Shown here piece by piece: positions 39,779-49,688 of a stretch of DNA of 64,000 nt. The stretch spans positions 982 through 64,981 of the forward strand of contig JAGAPA010000012.1 in NCBI GenBank assembly GCA_017623455.1, in the 5' to 3' direction. Under the pieces are notes generated by a model. The model did not search any database, was not told where the DNA came from, and saw nothing but the letters and a program-made list of their open reading frames with translations. This DNA is from Clostridia bacterium. GTDB lineage: Bacteria > Bacillota > Clostridia > Christensenellales > Pumilibacteraceae. The position numbers and the translations under genes are program-made. Each line of letters opens with the position of its first letter. The first letter of the stretch is position 1.

Positions 39779-40609
39779 ATGAATAAAACTGAAAGAAACA
39801 ATAAAATTGAACCTAAAGTAATTTCGGACTTGCCTGCCGATTATTTTTTGGCATACAGACAAGTTACGGGAAGCAGATTGCATACCCATACCTTTTTCGA
39901 GCTCGAATTCTACTTAAACGACGGCGGCTTTGTAACGCTTAACAATGATACGTACGAAATTAAACGTAACGCAATTTGTATTTCCGTTCCCACCGATTAT
40001 CACAAACTTACTTCGCCGACAGGAAACATCTTGAATATTTGGAACCTTTCGTTTACAAGCACGACGGTGGATAAAAATCTGCTTAACAAGTTACTCTACT
40101 CTTCCCAATCCAACGTTTATTATTTATCCGAAAAGGACGGCGAAAAAGTTAAATCTATTATCAGACTTATGGAAGCGGAACAAGCCGAAAAACAAAAAAA
40201 CGACAACTTTGCAGAACTTTGTATCAGTTTGATAATAACGTTAGTTTTAAGAAACCGAAAAGATTCTCCACCGGAACAAAAGCAATCTCTTACAAGAAAA
40301 GCCATTCAATTCGTTTTGGAACATTTTAAGGAAAATATTTCTCTTGAAGACGTTGCTAAAGAAGTGGGATTGAACCCGTCGTATCTTTCTCACCATTTCC
40401 ACAAAGAAACGGGATTTAAATTTAAGGAATATCTTACAGCTACCAGAATAAACTACGCTAAAAAATTGATCAGGGCGAACAAAGAAATGATAACGTACGC
40501 TTGTTTTGAGTCGGGCTTTAATTCCTATTCAGCTTTTTCTCGAGCCTTTGTTAATGCCGTAGGATGCTCACCAAGTGAGTATGCAACAAGAAAAGAGTCC
40601 ACCACTTAA
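39779..40609 (+). CDS. AraC family transcriptional regulator
   Basis: HTH tail ...CFESGFNSYSAFSRAFVNAVGCSPSEY. It is divergent from the GH5-like gene. Confidence 0.85.
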   Translation: MNKTERNNKIEPKVISDLPADYFLAYRQVTGSRLHTHTFFELEFYLNDGGFVTLNNDTYEIKRNAICISVPTDYHKLTSPTGNILNIWNLSFTSTTVDKNLLNKLLYSSQSNVYYLSEKDGEKVKSIIRLMEAEQAEKQKNDNFAELCISLIITLVLRNRKDSPPEQKQSLTRKAIQFVLEHFKENISLEDVAKEVGLNPSYLSHHFHKETGFKFKEYLTATRINYAKKLIRANKEMITYACFESGFNSYSAFSRAFVNAVGCSPSEYATRKESTT

Positions 40610-40628
40610 AAAAAACAAAGGAGTTATA

Positions 40629-41780
40629 ATGAAAAATTTTCAATTACCTTCGCAAATTTTATCATTTATTAATACTTCCGAAAACGAGATCTTGTCCTTA
40701 CTTAAAGAGCTTGCCGTTATACCGGCACCCTCCAAAAATGAGAACAAAAGAGCCGAATTTTGCCTTGAAAAATTCAAAGACTTCGGCTATAAAAACGCAT
40801 ACGTAGACAGCGTAATGAACGTTGTTTGCCCAATAAACTGCGAAAATGCAGAGGATATCGTAGTTTTTTGCGCTCATACCGATATTGTTTTCCCCGACAC
40901 TACACCGCTTCCGCTCTTTGATGACGGAAAACACTTGCACTGTCCCGGTATTGGCGACGATACTGCTTGTCTTGTTCTTTTGATGCTTACGGCAAAGTAT
41001 ATCGCAAAATGCAAGCTTACCCCCTCGCGCGGTATTCTTATTGTGGCAAACTCGGGCGAAGAAGGGCTTGGAAATCTTGTTGGTATAAAGCAGATAATGC
41101 GTGACTATAAAAACGTGAGTAAGGTGTTTACTTTTGACGGACAATATAACGCCGTTGTAAACAGATGCGTTGGCTCGCACAGGTATGAAATTTCGATAAA
41201 GACAGAGGGCGGTCATTCGTTCTCGAATTTCGGAAAGCTCAACTCGCTCTCCGTTATGTCTGAACTTATTTACTCGCTTTACAAGTGCAACGTTCCTAAA
41301 AAGGAAAACTGCAAAACCACTTATAACGTGGGCACGGCTGAGGGCGGAACGTCGGTTAATACTATCGCGCAGTCCGCAACATTTACCTACGAATACCGAT
41401 CGGATGATACGGAATGTCTTTTGATTATGAAAAATAGTTTTGAAAGCGCTCTGCAAAACATCAAGACTACATACCCCGAAGCTGAAATTGAAGTAAAGCT
41501 TATTGGCGACAGACCTTGCGGATCGGAGAACGTTGATAGTGAAGTCTTGAAAAAAATGACTGAGGACGTTATTTTTGTAAGCGAAAAATACTCGGGAATA
41601 CCCTGCTCCGCTACGTCAGGCTCTACCGATTGTAACATTCCGATGTCGATGGAAATTCCTGCCGTATGCGTGGGAAGCTTTATTGGAAGCGGTGCTCACA
41701 CAAGAGAAGAAAAGGTACTTAAATCCTCACTTATTATAGGACTGAAAATAACCGCTCACGTTATTCTCTCAAATTTTTAA
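40629..41780 (+). CDS. M20/M25/M40 family metallopeptidase (tripeptidase/ArgE-like)
   Basis: ATG at 40629 follows AAGGAG. Motifs are CAHTDIVFP, GIGDDTA and SGEEGLGNL. The track start at 40575 would overlap the end of the AraC gene. Confidence 0.7.
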   Translation: MKNFQLPSQILSFINTSENEILSLLKELAVIPAPSKNENKRAEFCLEKFKDFGYKNAYVDSVMNVVCPINCENAEDIVVFCAHTDIVFPDTTPLPLFDDGKHLHCPGIGDDTACLVLLMLTAKYIAKCKLTPSRGILIVANSGEEGLGNLVGIKQIMRDYKNVSKVFTFDGQYNAVVNRCVGSHRYEISIKTEGGHSFSNFGKLNSLSVMSELIYSLYKCNVPKKENCKTTYNVGTAEGGTSVNTIAQSATFTYEYRSDDTECLLIMKNSFESALQNIKTTYPEAEIEVKLIGDRPCGSENVDSEVLKKMTEDVIFVSEKYSGIPCSATSGSTDCNIPMSMEIPAVCVGSFIGSGAHTREEKVLKSSLIIGLKITAHVILSNF

Positions 41781-41786
41781 CAATAA

Positions 41787-41825
41787 AACACGTGTTTCCC
41801 GTTTTTAGGAAAGCACGTGTTTTTC
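41787..41825 (+). terminator. Intrinsic terminator
   Basis: Hairpin ACACGTGTTTCC-loop-GGAAAGCACGTGT followed by TTTTT. Confidence 0.55.
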
Positions 41826-41883
41826 ATTATATGAGAAAGTTTTTATTTCAAATTTACAGTACGTAATATTAGATTAAGCACAC

Positions 41884-43095
41884 CTAAAATTTTTCGACTA
41901 CCTCAAACCGAAGCGTTCCGTCACCGTTGGAAAATCCTTCTATAAACGACATTACGTTGCCCCAATACCCCTTGTTCAAAAAGCCGGCAAAGAGCAAGCG
42001 TCCGTCCTTTTGTGCAGACTTTGGTACCCAAGCATATGGGATAACGTCATTTTCGGGCGTAATCATTTCCCCAAACTGAGTTTTAGCGTATTTATAGTGT
42101 CCGACTCCCATAACCGAGTATACAAGATAGTAATAACCGTTATATTCAAAGTAGTCGCTACACTCGGGTTCATCCGCAGTATCGTTTACGTAGATGGGCT
42201 CAAGCTCGGTGAAATTCGTTAAATCATCCGAAACAAGGTGCGCAAGACAACCTTTACCTTCGCTTATAAGTGTTGTCGTAATAAAAACGTGGAATTTGCC
42301 GTCCTCGCCTTTCACGACTCTCGGATCTCTTGCGGTTGCTCCTTTATATTTATCGGACAAATATAGAGAAAAGGTTGCATCCTTTTCGTAGTGATATCCG
42401 TCTTTTGATATCGATCTACACATTGGCGCAGGACTTCCGTCAAAGGTTCGCACCGTATAGTACAGATAGTGCGTATCCTCATTTTTGATATGTGATCCCG
42501 TACAAATGGAGGATTCCCACTGCTTATCAATCTCTACAACGGGTGGATGCTCGTACCAAGTCTTAAGATCAGGCGAGGAAATGTGGTTCCATTGATGAGC
42601 ACCTCTTCTCCACTTGCTTTTGTGGTGTCTGCGGTCTTTAAGATATATAACGTGATAAACACCATCCTCGCTATACGGCATGCAGTCGCCAACAAACACA
42701 AACTCTTCGGGCTTCCAACCTATTGGGTTTGAAAACTCTCTCAAAACATTGGGAAGAACGGGAATCTCTTCCGTTACCTTTTCCATGCTATATTCCCGAG
42801 CCTGCGAAACAATTTCAGCACTTTCTATTCCACATTCTCCATATGGCCACTCCTCATCCAAAAGCACGTCATTTACGTAAAGCTCTATTCTATATGAAGC
42901 GATTTTAATGCAAATTTTATCGTCCTCTTTTGCCTTTCCTACAAGCACCAACGGGAACTCGTCTGCATCATAAAAAATCGTAAACGTGTAAACGTCTTTT
43001 GCGTGCTGACCGGTTGCAATAATCTTATCACCGTTTTTTAGCATAAAGCCAAGCCACTCGGCTTTTACGTTGATTTTGTAAATCTCTCTCGTCAT
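41884..43095 (-). CDS. Glycoside hydrolase family 32-like (clan GH-J five-bladed propeller), cytoplasmic
   Basis: An RDP motif (ARDPRVV) and an EC motif (EPECSDYFEYNGYYYLVYS, compare WECPDFF) are present, with a candidate nucleophile region GDCMPY...YHVIYL. Confidence 0.6.
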   Translation of the reverse strand: MTREIYKINVKAEWLGFMLKNGDKIIATGQHAKDVYTFTIFYDADEFPLVLVGKAKEDDKICIKIASYRIELYVNDVLLDEEWPYGECGIESAEIVSQAREYSMEKVTEEIPVLPNVLREFSNPIGWKPEEFVFVGDCMPYSEDGVYHVIYLKDRRHHKSKWRRGAHQWNHISSPDLKTWYEHPPVVEIDKQWESSICTGSHIKNEDTHYLYYTVRTFDGSPAPMCRSISKDGYHYEKDATFSLYLSDKYKGATARDPRVVKGEDGKFHVFITTTLISEGKGCLAHLVSDDLTNFTELEPIYVNDTADEPECSDYFEYNGYYYLVYSVMGVGHYKYAKTQFGEMITPENDVIPYAWVPKSAQKDGRLLFAGFLNKGYWGNVMSFIEGFSNGDGTLRFEVVEKF

Positions 43096-43096
43096 T

Positions 43097-43810
43097 TTAC
43101 ACCTCGTACATATTGTTATATTTACAATTTACTTCTTCTTTGTACAAGTGCGAATCGTTAGCAAGTTGTAACACTTTGGGAATAACGTATACGCCTTTTT
43201 CGTCAAAATATATAGCTGTTACACTACTGTGAGATAAATCGAAATGCGTACAAAACAGCGGATAGGGAATATCTAAAATACTGCTTAGTATAATCATTCC
43301 TATGCCCTGATGAGCAAATAACGCAACCTTTTTACCGCTTGGTTTTACTGCTTTATATACGTTATTCTCCCTGTCGTGTTCATATCCGAGCGAAAGCAAA
43401 AACTCGTCCACCTTCTCATCTACGTATTCAGAATACTCTTTATATTCCATACCCCTAAAATCAGGGTGATCATACCAATTTTTGCCCATTCTCACAACAT
43501 CGGGGGAATTAAGCATTTTGATTAATTCGTTATCATGAAACAACCACAATCTTTTTCCGTCTTTGATCGTTGTCATTTTTTTCCAGGCGTGATTTTCGTG
43601 TGCCCAATCAAAAACGGTAATATCCTTGCCCAAAAGTTTGGCTGTGGGCTGTGCCGTAAAAAGGGCACGGCTTGAAGATGAGGAATAAATCTCATCAAGC
43701 CCATAACGAGCAAACCTTTTACTAAGCGCTTCCGCCTGTCTATGTCCAAGCTCTGTGAGCGAATCGGGATCATAAATCGGATCTCCGTGTCTTACGTAGT
43801 AAAGTATCAT
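43097..43810 (-). CDS. Histidine phosphatase (phosphoglycerate mutase-like) family protein
   Basis: N-terminal YYVRHGD (RHG motif), with a downstream catalytic His in FAHQG. It lies 1 nt from the GH32-like gene. Confidence 0.7.
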   Translation of the reverse strand: MILYYVRHGDPIYDPDSLTELGHRQAEALSKRFARYGLDEIYSSSSSRALFTAQPTAKLLGKDITVFDWAHENHAWKKMTTIKDGKRLWLFHDNELIKMLNSPDVVRMGKNWYDHPDFRGMEYKEYSEYVDEKVDEFLLSLGYEHDRENNVYKAVKPSGKKVALFAHQGIGMIILSSILDIPYPLFCTHFDLSHSSVTAIYFDEKGVYVIPKVLQLANDSHLYKEEVNCKYNNMYEV

Positions 43811-43985
43811 CTTTTTCTCCTTGCGTTATTTTGCTACATTATATCACATTACTATTATATTTGCAATACTTATTTTAATTTTCTTTTTATGCTCTTTTTT
43901 GATATTTGTTGCTGAATTTTGAAAAACTATTGCATAAAAGCAATTGCTGTGTTATACTGTTTGCGACTATATGAGGAGGTGTTAT

Positions 43986-44825
43986 ATGAAAGCCTTTACA
44001 ACGGATTTTGCAGGCAATACCGGATCTGAGATATGCTTTAGGATAGACAAACGAAAAACTCTGTCTTTTGGATTTCACAATCATACGTTCTGGGAATTTA
44101 TGTTTGTAGAAAAAGGAAAGGTGCTGAATACCTTTGACACTCACGAAAAGGTCTTAAGCAAGAACGAGCTGTGTATCTTAAATCCGTCAACTTCGCACTC
44201 GGTTACAAATCCCGATGAAACTGAGCCGTATTTACTTTTTAACTTTGAAGTAAAAAAAGAGTTTGTCGAGCAGATCTGTTCTACGCTTGGAATTGATCTT
44301 TATGAGGTTTTGCCCACCACCTACACTCAATTTCCGCTCAGTGATAACGAGGTCATCAACAGTATTCACGCCTTAAATCTAATAACAGATAATGATTTAG
44401 AGTCAAAAAAAGAAAGTTTGTTACGCATTACCGTCACAAAATTTATTATGCTTGCATATCAACGGAAAAACTCACATCTTCAAAGTCAAAACCACATTGT
44501 TCTTAAAATGATTGAGGAAATGAAAAACACCGAAAACTTCAGCTTATCTATAAAAGAGCTTTGCGAAAAGCTTGGGTACAGTCACGAATACGTTACAAGA
44601 CTGTTTAAGCAAGAGAATTTTTTACCACCAAACAAGCTTTTTCTTTTCAACAAGCTTGCATATGCACGTAATTTGTTCGTCCACTCTCATCTGTCAATAA
44701 ACGAAGTCGCATCTTTGTGCGGAATTTATTCAATAAGTTATTTCAACAAAACATTTAAGGATTGTTACGGAATAAGCCCTGCTACGTATAAAAAACAAAA
44801 CGTAAAAAACAAACCTAATTTCTGA
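43986..44825 (+). CDS. AraC family transcriptional regulator
   Basis: ATG at 43986 follows GAGGAGG. The HTH tail is ...VASLCGIYSISYFNKTFKDCYGISPATYKK. Confidence 0.8.
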   Translation: MKAFTTDFAGNTGSEICFRIDKRKTLSFGFHNHTFWEFMFVEKGKVLNTFDTHEKVLSKNELCILNPSTSHSVTNPDETEPYLLFNFEVKKEFVEQICSTLGIDLYEVLPTTYTQFPLSDNEVINSIHALNLITDNDLESKKESLLRITVTKFIMLAYQRKNSHLQSQNHIVLKMIEEMKNTENFSLSIKELCEKLGYSHEYVTRLFKQENFLPPNKLFLFNKLAYARNLFVHSHLSINEVASLCGIYSISYFNKTFKDCYGISPATYKKQNVKNKPNF

Positions 44826-44839
44826 TAAGGAGTTTTATT

Positions 44840-47182
44840 ATGACGTCAACGATAAACGTTCAAAATTGGAAGCTTTGCTATATCGAAAACAAAGAAGTAA
44901 AAACAAAAAATCTTAATCTTTCCTCTATAAAAGCAATAACAAATTCTATCTACAGTATTATAAAAGCCTCCGTGCCCGGTAATTTTGAGCTTGACCTGAT
45001 GCGTGAGAAAATTATTGACGATTTGTATTTTGGAACAAATATACTTAATGCCCAAAAGTTGGAAAATCTGCACGTCTATTATTTTTCCGAATTTGAGCTT
45101 ACGAAAAACGATAACACCGACTCTTATCTTGTTTTTTACGGTATTGACACTGTAGCAGAAATTTTTGTGGATGGCGAAAAAATCGGGTTTGTGGAAAATA
45201 TGTTTCACAAGCACGAGTTTTGCATAAACAAGCTTGCTTGCGGTAAACACGAAATAGTTGTGCACATTCTACCCTCTGCTCTCTATGCTCAGTCGTTTGA
45301 TATTCCATCATCTTGCAGGAGCATGAAATACAATGCAGACACAACCGTTATAAGAAAGGCTCCTTATATGTTTGGATGGGATATTATGCCCAGAATCGTA
45401 ACTTCGGGTATTCATAAGCCCGTTGTTATTGAGCAAAAGCCCAAAAGTCGCATAGAACATCCGTTTACGTACACTTCGGAGATTCACCCAAAATCCGCGG
45501 TTTTATCCACAAGATTCAAACTTATAAATGCTGAAGATTTCATAACTGATTTTAAGGTTGTATTTACCGCAACTTGTAAAGATCAAGCTATAACGCACGA
45601 ATTCAGACCGTTTGCCTCAAACGCTTCGTTTGACGTTAGAATCCCCACTCCATATTTGTGGTGGCCCAAAAATTACGGCGAGCAAAATCTTTACGATATT
45701 AACATTAAATTGTTTTATCAGGGCGAAATATGCGATGAAGTTTCGTACAAAACAGGAATCAGAACAGTTTCGCTTAAACGCACGTCGCTTTATCGCGAGG
45801 GCGGAAAATTTTGCTTTGAAATAAACGGCAAACCTGTATACTGCATGGGAACAAACTGGGTTCCCACCGACTCTTTCCCCTCCCGTCACTCTCAGTTTGA
45901 TTTGCGAGGATTGGAAATGCTTGACGACGTAAACTGTAATATGGTTAGGTGTTGGGGTGGCAACGTATATCCCGAAGATTGGTTTTACGATTATTGCGAC
46001 AAGCACGGTATTATGGTTTGGCAGGACTTTTCAATGGCGTGCGCGCACTATGGCGACGATGAAAGAATTTGCGCTTTAATGAAGACTGAAGCAGAAGAGA
46101 TTGTACAAAAATTCCGCAATCATCCCTCTTTGATTATTTGGTCGGGCGATAACGAATGTGATCAACAGGTAGATAGAAAATTTGGCTACAATCACGAAAA
46201 CGAAGAGCCTAGTTCTATCAATCCCAACGATAACAAGCTTACGAGAGAGGTTATTTTCAGGGTTTTGCGCAATCACGACGCTACAAGACCGTACCTTCCG
46301 TCCTCGCCATATATCGATCACGAAGCATTCCTTAAGGGTTTGCCTGCGGAAAACCACTTGTGGGGTCCGCGCGACTTCTTTAAGGGTGAGTATTATATGA
46401 AGTCCGAATGCTTCTTTGCTTCCGAAATGGGATATCAGGGCTGTCCATCACCCTCATCTCTTAAAAAATTCTTACCACAAGAAAGTTTGAACGATTTTGG
46501 TTCAGATCAAGAATGTAAAAATGCCGACTGGCTTGCTCACGCTGTTTGCATGGAACCGTACTGGGGTGCGGTATATTCTTACAGAGTTCCACTAACGGTG
46601 CGACACGTTGTAAAACTTTTCGGAAACTATGATAAAGACGTAAGAATTTTTGCCAAACAAAGTCAAATATCACAAGCTGAAGCGCTTAAATTCTTTATAG
46701 AGCATTTCAGAATTGCAAAGCCGACAAAAACAGGGCTTTTGTGGTGGAATATTATTGACGGATGGCCACAATTATCCGATGCAGTTGTGGACTGGTACGG
46801 ATGTAAAAAACTCGCGTATCACTACATCAAACGCGCGCAACAGCCATTCTGTATGATGTTTGACGAGCCAAAAGACGGCAAAATTACACTTGTTGCCACA
46901 AACGATCTGCAGGAAGCTCAACACGTTTCGTACACGGTTACGAACGTTCAAGACGGTAAAGAAGTTTTAGCGGGCAAAATTACGCTTGAAGCTAACGGAA
47001 TTGTAAGACTTGATTCTATTATTCCTACCGATAATGCTTTCTACCTTATTAAATGGACAGCAAACGGAATCGAAAGCTCAAATCACTTTACTGCAAACAT
47101 CGAAAACACGCTTGATTATAATACGTATCTTGCACAGATTGAAAAGGTGGGCTACGACCAATTTGAAGGATTTGAAGAATAA
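44840..47182 (+). CDS. GH2 beta-mannosidase-like glycoside hydrolase, cytoplasmic
   Basis: VRCWGGNVYPEDWFYDYCDKHGIMVWQDFSMAC and HPSLIIWSGDNE are typical of the beta-mannosidase / exo-glucosaminidase branch of GH2. Confidence 0.7.
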   Translation: MTSTINVQNWKLCYIENKEVKTKNLNLSSIKAITNSIYSIIKASVPGNFELDLMREKIIDDLYFGTNILNAQKLENLHVYYFSEFELTKNDNTDSYLVFYGIDTVAEIFVDGEKIGFVENMFHKHEFCINKLACGKHEIVVHILPSALYAQSFDIPSSCRSMKYNADTTVIRKAPYMFGWDIMPRIVTSGIHKPVVIEQKPKSRIEHPFTYTSEIHPKSAVLSTRFKLINAEDFITDFKVVFTATCKDQAITHEFRPFASNASFDVRIPTPYLWWPKNYGEQNLYDINIKLFYQGEICDEVSYKTGIRTVSLKRTSLYREGGKFCFEINGKPVYCMGTNWVPTDSFPSRHSQFDLRGLEMLDDVNCNMVRCWGGNVYPEDWFYDYCDKHGIMVWQDFSMACAHYGDDERICALMKTEAEEIVQKFRNHPSLIIWSGDNECDQQVDRKFGYNHENEEPSSINPNDNKLTREVIFRVLRNHDATRPYLPSSPYIDHEAFLKGLPAENHLWGPRDFFKGEYYMKSECFFASEMGYQGCPSPSSLKKFLPQESLNDFGSDQECKNADWLAHAVCMEPYWGAVYSYRVPLTVRHVVKLFGNYDKDVRIFAKQSQISQAEALKFFIEHFRIAKPTKTGLLWWNIIDGWPQLSDAVVDWYGCKKLAYHYIKRAQQPFCMMFDEPKDGKITLVATNDLQEAQHVSYTVTNVQDGKEVLAGKITLEANGIVRLDSIIPTDNAFYLIKWTANGIESSNHFTANIENTLDYNTYLAQIEKVGYDQFEGFEE

Positions 47183-47465
47183 CGAAAAAGGGCGGTACGC
47201 AGGCGTACTCCCAATATTGTTATTTAGCAAAACAATAACACAAATTTTGTAAGCACTTTTGCTCTAAATATAATAATTTAAGTTATTATTTGCAAAGTCT
47301 GTAACCGAACAAAACACGCTGTACTTCGTAGTGGTACTAAAAAGCTATAAGTCATATCAAAATTCAATAACCCACTAAAGTTTGTACTTTTCTTTGTTCT
47401 GCAATACTATTTTAGGTCAAGCGTTACGCTTGAAATATCAACCTACTGTTGCGACTGAGCCTTTT

Positions 47466-47765
47466 TTATTTTTTCTTTTTGTTTGGGAGAGAATTATACA
47501 ATTCTTCCAAGCAAGAACTTAGCAAAGACAGGTTCTCAAACTCCTCGTATACGATTTGCGGTTTTGCGCCTTCATACGGAGACTGAAGCTGAACTGACGG
47601 TAACTGCAACCGCACCGAGGGAATGTCTTTTAAGAGCAGTGTGTTGTCGCACACGTTTGCTACGTGCTTGCCCTTGTAGTATAATAAGTATTCTCCCATC
47701 ATAGGTCGTGCGGAAAAGTCCGGATTTAGTGATAAAACAAAATCTAAGAAGTTTTTATCTGTCAT
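47466..47765 (-). CDS. TfoX/Sxy N-terminal domain family protein
   Basis: ...ARPMMGEYLLYYKGKHVANVCDNTLLLK resembles the TfoX_N core. Confidence 0.5.
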   Translation of the reverse strand: MTDKNFLDFVLSLNPDFSARPMMGEYLLYYKGKHVANVCDNTLLLKDIPSVRLQLPSVQLQSPYEGAKPQIVYEEFENLSLLSSCLEELYNSLPNKKKK

Positions 47766-47808
47766 AATTACTCCTTATCTATTATGATAATTCGTTTACG
47801 TTTTGCTT

Positions 47809-47842
47809 TGAGATCCCTCCACTTCGGTCGGGATGACTTTTA
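47809..47842. repeat. 34-bp perfect direct repeat, copy 1 (TGAGATCCCTCCACTTCGGTCGGGATGACTTTTA)
   Basis: Identical to 48246-48279. The two copies flank the GIY-YIG ORF. Confidence 0.9.
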
Positions 47843-47880
47843 TTTTGCAGTTGTGGTAATTCTATGAATAAAAATAATTT

Positions 47881-48180
47881 TTATTTTACAATATCATCAT
47901 ATAGATCGTTAAATTCTGTATTTATTTTAATTATAAGATCTAGTTTTTTATCTCTTCTCCAGTTCTTTAATTGCTTTTCTCGTGCAATTGCATCCTCGGG
48001 TGAATTATAAACTTCGTAATATATCAACTTTTCTAAATTATATCTTCTCGAAAAACCTTCAACAAATTTTCCTTTATGTTCATAAATTCTACGAACTAAA
48101 TTATTCGTTATTCCAATATAAAAAACTGAATTTGACTTATTTGTAATTAGGTATACATAATAATTCATATACATCTCCAT
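47881..48180 (-). CDS. GIY-YIG nuclease family protein (UPF0213-like)
   Basis: YYVYLITNKSNSVFYIGITNNLVRRIYEHK carries the GIY...YIG motifs. Length is 99 aa. Confidence 0.85.
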   Translation of the reverse strand: MEMYMNYYVYLITNKSNSVFYIGITNNLVRRIYEHKGKFVEGFSRRYNLEKLIYYEVYNSPEDAIAREKQLKNWRRDKKLDLIIKINTEFNDLYDDIVK

Positions 48181-48245
48181 AAAAAAATCCTATTGTCATT
48201 CCGAGCGTTAGTCGAGGAATCTATTCCTTATAAAAACATATAAAA

Positions 48246-48279
48246 TGAGATCCCTCCACTTCGGTCGGGATGACTTTTA
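48246..48279. repeat. 34-bp perfect direct repeat, copy 2
   Basis: Identical to 47809-47842. A related inverted copy, GTCATTCCGAGCGTTAGTCGAGGAATC, lies just upstream (about 48195-48222). Confidence 0.9.
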
Positions 48280-48332
48280 GGGGTAGTAATGGCAATTTGG
48301 GGATGACGTTTTTATTGGGATAGGTGGAGATT

Positions 48333-49337
48333 TTATTCCGTCATTTCGTCTTTATAATACGCTCTTGTCAAGGCGCGTCTGCCGTATGCGTCAACTACCT
48401 CTATCCACATATATTCGTCTTTTGGCACGATGATCTTAGCAGATGTCAGAACGCATCCGACGTCTGCGTGACGTTGAACGAAAAAGCGGTTTTTGGTGTG
48501 CATTATAATTGCTTTTACCTCGTCACACTTCACGTTTATTACGCCGTTCTCGACGTAAAGATCATAGATTTGCGGACCTTGGCTTGCATAAAAATCACCG
48601 TTTTCGAGGGCTTTTATAACGCTATCGTAGGTTAAACGTTCTGCCTTTATCATATTAAAACCCCACGGTCTTATATCAATTTTATCATCGTACACGTACG
48701 CTCTGTGATTATCATCGGAGGCAATTGGAAACACCTTGTGCCCCATTCTCAGCATCTGATCGTACATTTGCGGATTATAGTCGCAAGAATTGTAATACGA
48801 GCCCTGATTATGCACTTCCATTGCAAATAAGCCGTTGATTTTTCCAAAAAACTCGGGGGATATAAACGAGTAATGCGGATGGTTTAAGCTTACTAAAAAA
48901 CCGTGCTTTACAGCCTCGTTTACAACCTCTTGCACGCTCTCTTTCGTTAGCTTGCGCTCGTAAATTCCGCCGTGATACGCAAGAGTTTCGCATCTCCATT
49001 TCTCGCCGTGCCACACGTTTTTGGGGTTGAAGCAGATCTGCGTGAGGTTTTTAGGGTCCTTGGGGAATAAGTTTATCTCTAAGGTGCGCGCGTACGAATA
49101 GGGCACGTCTTCCACAAATGCGTACTCGTAACCCGTAAGCATGAGAAAATCCGGCTCGGACAGGTCGGAGTGATCGACCAAAAGCTCGTGATCGGTAAGA
49201 GCAAGAATTTGATAGCCGTGTTCTTTGTAATAGTCCTTCATTTCCTTAGGTGTGTTGCGCCCGTCGGAAACTGTGGAATGAGAATGAAGATTTGCCTTGT
49301 AAAAATTTCCGTTTTGCGGTAAAAGATATTTTGTCAT
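48333..49337 (-). CDS. PHP (polymerase/histidinol phosphatase) domain metal-dependent phosphoesterase
   Basis: ANLHSHSTVSDG...ILALTDHE. ATG at 49337 follows GAGGTG; the track start at 49388 has no RBS. Confidence 0.65.
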   Translation of the reverse strand: MTKYLLPQNGNFYKANLHSHSTVSDGRNTPKEMKDYYKEHGYQILALTDHELLVDHSDLSEPDFLMLTGYEYAFVEDVPYSYARTLEINLFPKDPKNLTQICFNPKNVWHGEKWRCETLAYHGGIYERKLTKESVQEVVNEAVKHGFLVSLNHPHYSFISPEFFGKINGLFAMEVHNQGSYYNSCDYNPQMYDQMLRMGHKVFPIASDDNHRAYVYDDKIDIRPWGFNMIKAERLTYDSVIKALENGDFYASQGPQIYDLYVENGVINVKCDEVKAIIMHTKNRFFVQRHADVGCVLTSAKIIVPKDEYMWIEVVDAYGRRALTRAYYKDEMTE

Positions 49338-49542
49338 AAGTTGCACCTCGCTTTCTTTTATTTTAGCACAGTAAGAATAAAGAATCAACCATTTTTTGAA
49401 ATTGTTTATTTTTTGCTCCGCTTTCTTACTCTCAAGTTTACAAAAAACCTCTATCTTTGTATCTTTATTTAAGCATTAAGATTGCAAATATTTTGTTAGC
49501 AAAAATTCTTTTAATTTTTTTTCAAAAACGGCTTAAATTTTG

Positions 49543-49571
49543 TTGACTTATTTTTCTTTTTATAGTATTAT
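49543..49571 (+). promoter_or_regulatory. Sigma-A-like promoter for the tRNA array
   Basis: TTGACT (49543-49548), 17 nt spacer, TATTAT (49566-49571), about 30 nt upstream of the first tRNA. Confidence 0.45.
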
Positions 49572-49601
49572 ATACAAGCAATCGGCAAAAAGTTGCAATA
49601 A

Positions 49602-49677
49602 CGAGGTGTAGCGCAGCTGGTAGCGCGCGTGGTTTGGGACCATGAGGTCGCCTGTTCGAACCGGGTCACCTCGACCA
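49602..49677 (+). tRNA. tRNA-Pro (anticodon TGG)
   Basis: A cloverleaf can be folded by eye. Acceptor CGAGGTG/CACCTCG, anticodon loop TTTGGGA, T-arm GGTTCGAA-like, encoded CCA. Confidence 0.85.
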
Positions 49678-49688
49678 GAAAGTTTTTA

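Noticed and set aside
40575-40628. The track start at 40575 for the M20 peptidase, which would overlap the AraC gene by 35 nt.
   Set aside because: The internal ATG at 40629 has a good AAGGAG RBS. The preceding 18 codons are just the alternative-frame reading of the end of the AraC gene.
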